Of a stretch of DNA of 64,000 bases, positions 46,020 through 54,482 are shown piece after piece. Every line of letters begins with the position of its first letter. Position 1 is the first letter of the stretch. Source of the DNA: an uncultured Saccharofermentans sp. (GTDB lineage: Bacteria; Bacillota; Clostridia; Saccharofermentanales; UBA5734); contig CAXXUX010000001.1 of assembly GCA_963677835.2 (NCBI GenBank), forward strand, positions 1,536,362 to 1,600,361, read 5' to 3'. Both the position numbers and the translations under genes were made by a program. The notes beneath the pieces are model-generated. The model made no database searches. It saw nothing but the letters and a program-made list of their open reading frames with translations, and was not told where the DNA came from.

Positions 46020-46832
46020 ATGCAATGGTGTAAAGAATTATTCGGGGTCGAAAAGCCGATTATCGCGCTGCTTCACATGCGGGCGCTGCCTGGAGATCCT
46101 CAATATAAACGGAATGATACGATGAAACAGGTCATCGAGTTCGCCCGGCAGGATTTGCACAACCTGCAGGATGGCGGCGTGGATGGCGTATTATTCTCAA
46201 ATGAGTACAGCATGCCTTACCAGAAGCATGTGCCTTTCCTGATTCCTTCGGCGATGGCGCGCGTCATTGGCGAACTGATGAGTGAAATCCGCGTGCCTTT
46301 CGGCGTTGATTGTGAAGCGGACGCCATGGCTACACTTGATCTTGCCGCTGCAACCGACGCTTCATTTATCCGGGGCACCTTTACGGGCGGATATGTTGGC
46401 GATATCGGCATCATCAACACGGATATTGCCCGGCTTTTGCGCCGGAAGCATGATTTGGGGCTGGATAATCTCCGGATGCTCTACTTTCTGAACTCGGAAT
46501 CCGACGAATACCTGGCCCATCGCGAACTGCCGGCAATTGCCAGATCGATCATCTTCACCTGCAAGCCGGATGCGCTTTGCATATCCGGCGCCAATGCCGG
46601 CCTTGAAGCCAATTCGTCCTGGATTGCCGATGTTCGCGCCGTTACGAACGGCGTACCTGTTTTTTGCAACACCGGCTGCAGTGCGGAAAACATCCGGCAA
46701 AAGCTTGCCATTTCCGATGGCGCGTGTGTCGGCACCGCCTTTAAAGTCGGCGGCAAATTTGACAACCTGGTCGATGGCGAACGGGTCAGGCAATTTATGG
46801 AGCAGGTCATGGTGTACCGCAAGGCACATTAA
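46020..46832 (+). CDS. BtpA/SgcQ-family TIM-barrel protein (function unknown)
   Basis: 270 aa, RBS AGGAGG. N-terminus KPIIALLHMRALPGDP is typical of the family. Confidence 0.7.
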   Translation: MQWCKELFGVEKPIIALLHMRALPGDPQYKRNDTMKQVIEFARQDLHNLQDGGVDGVLFSNEYSMPYQKHVPFLIPSAMARVIGELMSEIRVPFGVDCEADAMATLDLAAATDASFIRGTFTGGYVGDIGIINTDIARLLRRKHDLGLDNLRMLYFLNSESDEYLAHRELPAIARSIIFTCKPDALCISGANAGLEANSSWIADVRAVTNGVPVFCNTGCSAENIRQKLAISDGACVGTAFKVGGKFDNLVDGERVRQFMEQVMVYRKAH

Positions 46833-46875
46833 TCAACATCAGCTAAAAATATATTGTGGTGTAGAGGGAATAAAA

Positions 46876-48399
46876 ATGTCGATGGAATATTTTTGCGGCA
46901 TAGACGTTGGCACCTACGAAACCAAAGGCGTCATTATTGACGGGCAATGCCGGATTATTGCGGAAAACACGGTCAAACACGGTCTGGATAACCCCAAGCC
47001 GAATTATTTTGAGCATGATGCCGAACAGGTCTGGTGGCATGATATTTGTGAAGTTTCGCGCGGCCTGCTGCTGAAAGCGGGGATCAAAAATACCGAAATT
47101 AAAGCGGTCGGCGTGAGCGCCATCAATGCTTGCGTCGTTCCCGTCGACGAAAACGGCGTGCCGCTGCGCAAGGCCATTTTGTACGGCATCGACGCGCGAG
47201 CCGAAGCCGAGATGGCATTCATTGAGCAGTACTACGGCGAAGAGCGCCGCAACCAGCTGTTTAACGGCCGGCCGATTTGTTCGTCGGACTGCATGCCTAA
47301 AATCATGTGGATAAAAAATAACGAGCCGGAGATTTTCCGCAAGACTTCAAAATTTCTGACGTCATCTTCCTACATAACCGCAAAACTGACTGGCGAATAT
47401 GTAATCGACCGCTTCCTGGCGCTTTCTTCCTTCGCGCCCTGCTACAATCCTGATTTGTCCGTCAACAAAGAATTGTGCGAGGAGTTGTACTGCCAATCCG
47501 GGCAGCTGGCTTCTGGCAGGGAATCAACGGATGTTGTCGGATACGTCACGGCAAAAGCTGCCGGGGAAACGGGGCTTTCTGAAGGCACGCCGGTTATCAC
47601 GGGAACGGATGATTCGGCGGCGGAGGCAATCAGCACCGGCGTTACACGCCCGGGCGACCTGATGATCCAACTGGGATCAACGTGCTACATCATCTACTGT
47701 TCCGATAAAATGGTCGTTGATGAGCGGCTTTGGGCAGAAGATTATATTATTCCAGGCACGATCAGCATCGATGGGGGGACAAATGCAGCCGGCGCTTTGA
47801 CAAAATGGCTGAGGGACACGATTTTTACGGATTTTGCAGCAGAACAGGAAAGGACCGGGCAAGATGCCTACGGCAGGATGGCGGCCTGCGCCAGGGAAAT
47901 TCCTGCAGGCTCGGATGGCTTAATCACACTGCCCTATTTTGCCGGCGAACGAACGCCGATCAATGATCTGAACGCCAAAGGCGTCATCTTTGGCCTGCAG
48001 CTGCATCACACCCGCGAACACATCTACCGGTCGGCGCTGGAGGGCATTGCCTACTCGATTGCCCAGCATGTCGACATCATCGAAGAGCACGGGCTAAAAA
48101 TCAATAAACTGATGGCTGTCGGCGGCGGCACGAAAAATCCTTTATGGCTGCAGATTATTGCCGATGTGACCGGACATGCCGTCAATACGGCAAAAGTGAC
48201 CATCGGGGCGTCATACGGCGACGCCATGATGGCGGCAATCGGCGTTGGCCATTTTAAAAGCTATTATGATCTTTCGGAATATATCTCCCCCGATAAAGTC
48301 CTGCGGCCAAACCCGGAAAACCATGCGGTTTATCAATCTTACCAAAAGATTTTTGGACAAATATACCTTGCAACAAAGGAGCTGATGCATATGCTTTAA
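46876..48399 (+). CDS. FGGY-family carbohydrate kinase (xylulokinase-like)
   Basis: The ORF track extends to 46537 in a frame overlapping the BtpA gene. The ATG at 46876 follows GAGGG. Motifs CGIDVGTYETKG and AVGGGTKNPLW. Confidence 0.85.
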   Translation: MSMEYFCGIDVGTYETKGVIIDGQCRIIAENTVKHGLDNPKPNYFEHDAEQVWWHDICEVSRGLLLKAGIKNTEIKAVGVSAINACVVPVDENGVPLRKAILYGIDARAEAEMAFIEQYYGEERRNQLFNGRPICSSDCMPKIMWIKNNEPEIFRKTSKFLTSSSYITAKLTGEYVIDRFLALSSFAPCYNPDLSVNKELCEELYCQSGQLASGRESTDVVGYVTAKAAGETGLSEGTPVITGTDDSAAEAISTGVTRPGDLMIQLGSTCYIIYCSDKMVVDERLWAEDYIIPGTISIDGGTNAAGALTKWLRDTIFTDFAAEQERTGQDAYGRMAACAREIPAGSDGLITLPYFAGERTPINDLNAKGVIFGLQLHHTREHIYRSALEGIAYSIAQHVDIIEEHGLKINKLMAVGGGTKNPLWLQIIADVTGHAVNTAKVTIGASYGDAMMAAIGVGHFKSYYDLSEYISPDKVLRPNPENHAVYQSYQKIFGQIYLATKELMHML

Positions 48400-48406
48400 G
48401 TTAATG

Positions 48407-48434
48407 TTGACATTTGACAAGTGGTATATATAAT
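48407..48434 (+). promoter_or_regulatory. predicted consensus promoter TTGACA-16-TATAAT
   Basis: Read directly. It is overlapped by AAGTGGTATATA (48419-48430), and a second AAGTGGTA lies at 48449-48456. Confidence 0.55.
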
Positions 48435-48496
48435 AGAAACATAGGGGTAAGTGGTAAACAATAGAGCTAAAAGGAGTATGTTTTACTGAAGGGAGG

Positions 48497-49228
48497 TTGA
48501 CTGTCATCAGCAAATACGCGAACCTTGTCAATTCAGATCTGACGGAAAAAATCGAAGAATACATCATCGGCAACAATCTTGGCAGCGGTGACAGGCTGCC
48601 ATCTGAGCGTGATTTTTCCCAGATTCTCGACGTCAGCAGAATGACATTAAGAGATTCCATCAAGAAACTGTGCAATACCGGGGTCCTGGAAAATATTCAC
48701 GGCAAGGGGACCTTTGTGGCACAAAAGCGTGTTTGCATTGATGTTTTGAACTTCTACTCCCCCCGAAAACAATCTGGCGAGGACTGCGATGCAGTAAAGT
48801 ATAAACTGATTGGCATAGAAAAAGTTAAAGCGGAAGGGTCTATTGCAAGACATCTTAATGTTGCCGTTGGAATCGATCTCTATCAGATCAAGCGGCTTCG
48901 GAGCGTTTCAAAGCAAAGATTTGCAATTGAAACGACCTATATCCCAATGAGTTTATGCCCCGGCATTGAAAAATTCGACCTTGAATCCAATCACCTTTAC
49001 AAGACCTACAACAATCATTATCACATGAAGCTCACCCATTCAAATATCGACATTAGCATTGGACAGGCAACTTTCGAAGAAGCCGAATGGTTGGGAATTT
49101 CTGAAGGCGGTTATATTTCTGTTGAAAAAAGGACGTCATTCGATAAGCGTGACGTTCCTTGCGAGCATGTCCTGACCGTCTCAAGCGTCAACAATGTCTA
49201 TTATTTTGCCGATCTTGTCGCTAAGTAA
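48497..49228 (+). CDS. GntR-family (HutC/UTRA) transcriptional regulator
   Basis: 243 aa with a TTG start. Motif LPSERDFSQILDVSRMTLRDSIKKL. Confidence 0.8.
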   Translation: MTVISKYANLVNSDLTEKIEEYIIGNNLGSGDRLPSERDFSQILDVSRMTLRDSIKKLCNTGVLENIHGKGTFVAQKRVCIDVLNFYSPRKQSGEDCDAVKYKLIGIEKVKAEGSIARHLNVAVGIDLYQIKRLRSVSKQRFAIETTYIPMSLCPGIEKFDLESNHLYKTYNNHYHMKLTHSNIDISIGQATFEEAEWLGISEGGYISVEKRTSFDKRDVPCEHVLTVSSVNNVYYFADLVAK

Positions 49229-49404
49229 ATTTTGCCTTTCTTTTTAACCTCTCTCGATAAGACAAAAGTATTGTAAAACAAAGAAAATAAGTATTTAAGC
49301 ATCAGCAAGCCACTCAACGGTGTATTTTGTGCTGCTCGAATTTTCTTTTTTAATGAAACTGCCTGTCGCATGAAAATACTGATTATTTGTCGGAGGGAAT
49401 TATT

Positions 49405-50928
49405 ATGGCTGAAAGGGTAACGTTTGAAGAACAAACCGTTTCTGAACAAACAAAAACCACGGTAAAATCCAAACAAAAAATACGTACGGCTATCGGATAC
49501 ATTTTTGTTGCCTTATGCTTTGTTGTTACCGCCTTTTTTGCGCCGGCGGTCGGCTCGGAATATTATGGATTCTGGAGCGCACTCCCGCCAATTTCGATTT
49601 TTGCCTTCATCCTTTTAACCAAGCATATTCTGGAAGGGTTCTTGTGGTCCGGCTTGCTTGCCGTTTTTATCGAATACCACGAAACATTATTCACACAATA
49701 TATCGATGAAACATTTACCTCGGTCTGCGATCCGGATAACTTTTACGTTGTGCTTCTCTTCTTGTTGATCGGCGTCGTTGTCGTTATCTTGAAAAAGAGC
49801 GGCGCAAGCACTTACTTTGCCCGCTGGATATCCAGCAAGGCGAAAAGCAGCAAGACGGTTTTATTCATTACCTATCTGGTAGGAATTGCCCTCTGCGTTG
49901 ACGACTATACTTCTGCTTTGGCAGGAGGCGCGGCGCTATCGCCGGTCAATGACGAATACCACATCCCGCGTGAAATGACAGCTTACGCCCTGAGGGCCTC
50001 GGTCACAACGCCGGCCTGCCTGGCGCCGATCGGCTCATGGGTCATCTGGACCGCGGCGCTGCTCGAGCAAAATGGCGTTGCGACAGAAGGACAAGGCGTA
50101 ATGGTCTATATGACAAAGCTCCTGCCTTATCTGTTCTTCCCGTTTATTGTCTATATTGTCGGCCTATTGGTCATTTTTGGCGTGATCCCCAAGTTCGGCA
50201 AGATGAAGCGCGCTTATGAACGTGTTGCTGCCGGCGGGCCGCCGGCGCCCGTTGTCGAAAAAACGGCTTATGAAGAAGAAGAAATCGAGAAAGTATCTGA
50301 ACCTCGCAAAGGCGTCAATTTGATTCACTTTTTCCTGCCGATCGCCGCGCTGTTCCTGTTTGGCTACCTGTTTGACTGGAACATGGTTTATGGATTGATT
50401 GCCGCCATCTTTACAACCTTCATCTTCTATATCGTCACCAAAGTTTTTTCCGTTTATGACGCGACCAATAGTGTCTTTGAAGGTTTTTCCTATATGACGC
50501 AGCTGGCGATCATGATGGTTTTCGGCCTGACCCTCTGCCGTGTATGCGGCGAGCTGGGCTTCACCGAATATGTGGTCGGATTGACTCAGAATTTCGTTAC
50601 TCCGCAAATGCTTCCATTCATTATCTTCGTTGTCTTCTGCGCAACAGAATTCCTGGTAACCTTCAACTGGACCTTGTACCTGATTGCGATGCCGATCGTG
50701 GTCGCCCTGGCTTCAAGCACCGGCTCCAATATCTTCCTTTGCCTTGGCGCTCTTGTGTCTTCCGGCGTTTTCGGATACTGCCTGGCTTTTTCCTCGGATG
50801 GCGGCATGTGTGCCTGCGGCGCCTGTGGAATCGACATTTACGAACAGAATACGACACAAATGCCATACATGCTGATTTCGATGGGCTTGTCGGCAATCGC
50901 TTACCTGGCCTGCGGATTCATCCTGTAA
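49405..50928 (+). CDS. NhaC-family transporter
   Basis: The ATG at 49405 follows GGAGGG. About 507 aa, polytopic. Clearly alignable with the paralog at 59014-60474. Confidence 0.75.
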   Translation: MAERVTFEEQTVSEQTKTTVKSKQKIRTAIGYIFVALCFVVTAFFAPAVGSEYYGFWSALPPISIFAFILLTKHILEGFLWSGLLAVFIEYHETLFTQYIDETFTSVCDPDNFYVVLLFLLIGVVVVILKKSGASTYFARWISSKAKSSKTVLFITYLVGIALCVDDYTSALAGGAALSPVNDEYHIPREMTAYALRASVTTPACLAPIGSWVIWTAALLEQNGVATEGQGVMVYMTKLLPYLFFPFIVYIVGLLVIFGVIPKFGKMKRAYERVAAGGPPAPVVEKTAYEEEEIEKVSEPRKGVNLIHFFLPIAALFLFGYLFDWNMVYGLIAAIFTTFIFYIVTKVFSVYDATNSVFEGFSYMTQLAIMMVFGLTLCRVCGELGFTEYVVGLTQNFVTPQMLPFIIFVVFCATEFLVTFNWTLYLIAMPIVVALASSTGSNIFLCLGALVSSGVFGYCLAFSSDGGMCACGACGIDIYEQNTTQMPYMLISMGLSAIAYLACGFIL

Positions 50929-51015
50929 AAATATTGAAAGATTGTTTTGCGGCAAAGGGGTAATGGCGGGCGACCTGGCAAAATAAAATCAGTCGACAAT
51001 TAAAGGAGAATGACT

Positions 51016-51852
51016 ATGTCAAAAATCACGATGTCACAGGTTGCAACCAGCAACTTCACCTATCGTCGCTACACTTTTGACTACTTTTTAAAATCAGCCC
51101 AAAAGCTCGGTGTGGAAAACATCGAGCTGAGTGGCTGCCATCCGCACTTTTCGGTTTATGAAGCTTTGCAGTTTGACGTGAAAAGTCTGGCGAAGCAAAT
51201 CAAAGAACACCATCTGACCGTTTCCGCGATTGAACCAGAACAAAACTTCCTCCCGATCAATATCGCTGCACGTGATCAATACTTTCGCGAACAGAGTGTG
51301 AAGCAGCTCGGCTTCTACATTGAAAACGCCCATGAGTTCAACTGCAGCAAGGTCATTATCTATCCAGGCAAAACGTTAATCAATCATCCCCGTTCGGAGG
51401 CCTGGAAATATTCGCGGGACTCGATTCATCAGCTCAGCAAGCTTGCGAAAAAAAATGACGTAACGATTCTTCTGGAAAGTGTATCGGGATTTGTTTCGGA
51501 CTTGATGACGGACTCCAAAACCGTCAAACGGATGATCGATGAAATCGGCGCCGACAATATCGGCTGCTGCGTCAATTCCTCCGCGGCCTTTGCCGCGGGG
51601 GAAACGCTCGAAGACTATTTCAGGCTCTTCGGCAGTAAAATCGGCATGGTTCAGCTCTCCGACAGTACGGCCGACAATGAACAGCTGGTCTGGGGCGACG
51701 GCGAACAAAATCTTGATGTGCATATCAATACCCTGCGCGAATATGGCTATGCCGGGGCTGTGGCCCTGGAACTGTTTATGGAAGAATTGGCTGATGGCGC
51801 CGAAGAAAACTATGCGGCCTGCATTGAATACTTCAAGAAACATATTGATTAG
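51016..51852 (+). CDS. xylose-isomerase-fold TIM-barrel protein (sugar phosphate isomerase/epimerase family)
   Basis: The ATG at 51016 lies 8 nt after AAAGGAG. About 278 aa. Family call by overall pattern (IELSGCHPHF ... ILLESV ... ALELF). Confidence 0.7.
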   Translation: MSKITMSQVATSNFTYRRYTFDYFLKSAQKLGVENIELSGCHPHFSVYEALQFDVKSLAKQIKEHHLTVSAIEPEQNFLPINIAARDQYFREQSVKQLGFYIENAHEFNCSKVIIYPGKTLINHPRSEAWKYSRDSIHQLSKLAKKNDVTILLESVSGFVSDLMTDSKTVKRMIDEIGADNIGCCVNSSAAFAAGETLEDYFRLFGSKIGMVQLSDSTADNEQLVWGDGEQNLDVHINTLREYGYAGAVALELFMEELADGAEENYAACIEYFKKHID

Positions 51853-51862
51853 GAGAACTGAT

Positions 51863-52723
51863 ATGAAACAACTCGATTTTTCCCAATTCGGCATTATGTC
51901 GGTGCAATATCAGCAATACAGCCTTGACTACTGTCTGGACTCCATCGCCTCAAACGGATTTACGTTCATTGACTTTTGGGGAGGCGCTTCGCACTACTGC
52001 GCGTTTGATACGCCTCCCGAAAAACGCTTGCAGCGCGTTTCGAAAATCCGGCGAATGCTGGATGACCGGGGCTTGAAAATGTCGGTCTTTACCGCTGAGC
52101 AAATCTGCCTGTATCCGATCAATGTGGCGTCATCAAATGATTACGTTCGCAAAAACAGCATAGAAATAGTCAAACGCTACCTGGAAGACACCAAGGAGTT
52201 TGGCGCAGATTACTATTTCATGCAGATGGGTTACGGCCTGTTTGACGAAGATATCGATGCCGCCAGGGCCCGTTCGATTGACGCCCTGAAAGAGATGACC
52301 GAATATGCTGAAAAAATAGGCGTCAAAATGGTGATGGAGCAATTGCAATACTATGAATCCAACCTCTGCCACAATCGGAAAACGTTGAAAGACCTGATTG
52401 ACGCGGTCGATTCCCCGTACCTGACGGCCTGCGTCGACTGTGTTGCAGCGGCTGCTGCCGGCGAATCGGTTGAAAGCTATTATGACGTATTCAATGGCGC
52501 GATCAACCATGCCCATCTTGCGGATGGCTGTCCAACCGGCCACCTGGTGCCGGGCGATGGTGAAAACCCGCTCGAAGACTATCTCAGGACTTTTGCCGAA
52601 CATGACTATAAAGGTTCGATTACCCTTGAAATCAACAACCAGATGTATTTCAACGATCCTGACCAGGCGGTTGCCCGGGCGGCGGACTGGCTGAAAAAAT
52701 GCCCGGTCATTGCCGGATCTTAA
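51863..52723 (+). CDS. xylose-isomerase-fold TIM-barrel protein (sugar phosphate isomerase/epimerase family)
   Basis: The ORF track extends to 51539 in the wrong context. The ATG at 51863 follows AGGAG. 286 aa (IDFWGGASHYCAF ... VMEQL ... TLEIN). Confidence 0.7.
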   Translation: MKQLDFSQFGIMSVQYQQYSLDYCLDSIASNGFTFIDFWGGASHYCAFDTPPEKRLQRVSKIRRMLDDRGLKMSVFTAEQICLYPINVASSNDYVRKNSIEIVKRYLEDTKEFGADYYFMQMGYGLFDEDIDAARARSIDALKEMTEYAEKIGVKMVMEQLQYYESNLCHNRKTLKDLIDAVDSPYLTACVDCVAAAAAGESVESYYDVFNGAINHAHLADGCPTGHLVPGDGENPLEDYLRTFAEHDYKGSITLEINNQMYFNDPDQAVARAADWLKKCPVIAGS

Positions 52724-53511
52724 GTTAATTTCTGAAACTGCGGACGCATGTCCGAGTAGATGGCCACATAACCGAAACCGGCATCTTTGATGCAGTTTAT
52801 GGCATCGCCGGCCATAAAGCCGATGGTGTCAAGGCGGTGAGAATCCGTGCCGATCGTCACGATCTCGCCGCCAAGCTCCCAATATCGCCGGAGTATGGTT
52901 TTTATCCGCCCGAAATTTTTTGAAAAACGATTGCTGGCAGTGTTCACTTCGATCCCCTTGCCTTTTTGCACCAGGGTCGTCAGGATGCTGTCGATCTTGT
53001 CCGCCGCGTTTTTATAATCCATCGGAATAGTTTGAAACTGCTCGATTTTGGAAAGATAATCAATATGCCCCAAGACGCTGAAGTGATCAAAATGCTTGAG
53101 GACATAATCGATCTGTTCAAGATATTCTTGAAAGATCTGCTTAAGTCTTGGGGCCGGATAGATCAGGTTATAGGGGTCAACTTGATCATATTCATGGACA
53201 GATAAAATAATGAAGTCAAGTTCAAGACTTTGCAGATACCGTTCGGCATATTTTAGCGTTTGCCGGGCTGCCCCGGCTTCCAGGCCCATTTTTATATCCA
53301 TGTCCGGGAAAAGGCTGCGGGCTTTTTCAATTTCCTTTTGATAGGCCTTAACATCAAGCGGCACAACTGGATCGCCGGAATAGGATTCAAAATCGGCATG
53401 CTCCGTAAAGCAAATTTGATCAAAGCCGAGCCGGCTGCATTCTGCCGCCATATTCAGCAAGGGTTGATCCGAATCATGAGAAAAGGATGAGTGAAGGTGA
53501 TAATCCCACAT
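52720..53511 (-). CDS. PHP-domain phosphatase, histidinol-phosphatase (HisJ) family
   Basis: 263 aa, RBS GGAGAG. N-terminal MWDYHLHSSFSHDS metal-binding motif. Its 3' end overlaps the convergent TIM-barrel gene by 4 nt. Confidence 0.8.
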   Translation of the reverse strand: MWDYHLHSSFSHDSDQPLLNMAAECSRLGFDQICFTEHADFESYSGDPVVPLDVKAYQKEIEKARSLFPDMDIKMGLEAGAARQTLKYAERYLQSLELDFIILSVHEYDQVDPYNLIYPAPRLKQIFQEYLEQIDYVLKHFDHFSVLGHIDYLSKIEQFQTIPMDYKNAADKIDSILTTLVQKGKGIEVNTASNRFSKNFGRIKTILRRYWELGGEIVTIGTDSHRLDTIGFMAGDAINCIKDAGFGYVAIYSDMRPQFQKLT

Positions 53512-53675
53512 GGCTGCTCTCCATCTGCTGCTGGTATAAATTAATTAATTTAACAGAACATCAATCCGACCAGATTAAATACACCAATATTTAACAAAAG
53601 TATACCACTAAATATAAGAAGTTGTCAAGTTATACAAGATGTTTGGGGAATGATTATTGATTTTCAATGAGGTGC

Positions 53676-53704
53676 TTACAAGTTTGTTTATGTTATGGCA
53701 TAAT
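53676..53704 (+). promoter_or_regulatory. predicted promoter TTACAA-17-CATAAT
   Basis: Read directly, 50 nt upstream of the GntR gene start. Confidence 0.4.
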
Positions 53705-53752
53705 ATGGATAATTATATAATTTTACGCCCAGTGAAATGAAAGGGATTGCCG

Positions 53753-54466
53753 ATGGCCAAGAGGGAAGCGCTCTATTTGCAAATCAGCAATATCATACGC
53801 CGCAAAATCGTACATGGTGAATTGTGCTATGGCCAGCGGATTCCATCTGAACACGATTTGGCCGAGCAATTTTCGATCGATCGTAAAACCTTGCGCCGCG
53901 CCATTTCCGTACTCGTCGAAGAAGGCATACTTACGCGAATCCATGGCAAAGGGACCTATATCAACAAACGCCAGGTTTCCTATGATGTGAATGTTGTCGA
54001 CAATTTTGGCCAGATGCTTTTCAAAAGCGGAATCAGGCACACCTGCAGGCTTCTCCACAAAGAAAAGCGCAAAGCCGGCGTAAAGTATGCCAAAATTCTT
54101 GAGATTGGCGAAAATGACGCGATTTACCGCCTGGTGCGCCTGCGGCTGGGGGACGGGGAGCCGATCGCGCTTCAGAACACCTACGTGGCCTATGATCTGG
54201 TCAACAACATCGAAGATGTTGATTTTGAAATGTATTCGCTCTACGACCTGTTTAGCCAGAACGGCATTTATCCAAACCGTGTCAAAGAAAAATTCCTGTT
54301 CGTGGAACTGTCCAACCCGGAAGCAAAAATGCTTAATATGGAGGAAGGCAGCATGGGATTCATGGTCGAGGATGTCACCTATGACCAGAACGACCGGGTT
54401 GTCGAATATACCAAAGCCTTGATCAATAACGACAATATTGTCATCAGCGCCGATTTGGAATATTAG
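53753..54466 (+). CDS. GntR-family (HutC/UTRA) transcriptional regulator
   Basis: The ATG at 53753 follows AAAGGGA. Motif IPSEHDLAEQFSIDRKTLRRAISVL. Confidence 0.8.
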   Translation: MAKREALYLQISNIIRRKIVHGELCYGQRIPSEHDLAEQFSIDRKTLRRAISVLVEEGILTRIHGKGTYINKRQVSYDVNVVDNFGQMLFKSGIRHTCRLLHKEKRKAGVKYAKILEIGENDAIYRLVRLRLGDGEPIALQNTYVAYDLVNNIEDVDFEMYSLYDLFSQNGIYPNRVKEKFLFVELSNPEAKMLNMEEGSMGFMVEDVTYDQNDRVVEYTKALINNDNIVISADLEY

Positions 54467-54482
54467 CTTTTAATGGGCCGGG

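Noticed and set aside
46537-46875. N-terminal 113-codon extension of the FGGY kinase ORF
   Set aside because: The extension overlaps the BtpA/SgcQ gene in another frame. The kinase motif CGIDVGTYETKG begins right after ATG 46876, which has a GAGGG RBS.
51539-51862. N-terminal extension of the second TIM-barrel ORF
   Set aside because: It overlaps the first TIM-barrel gene out of frame. ATG 51863 follows AGGAG.
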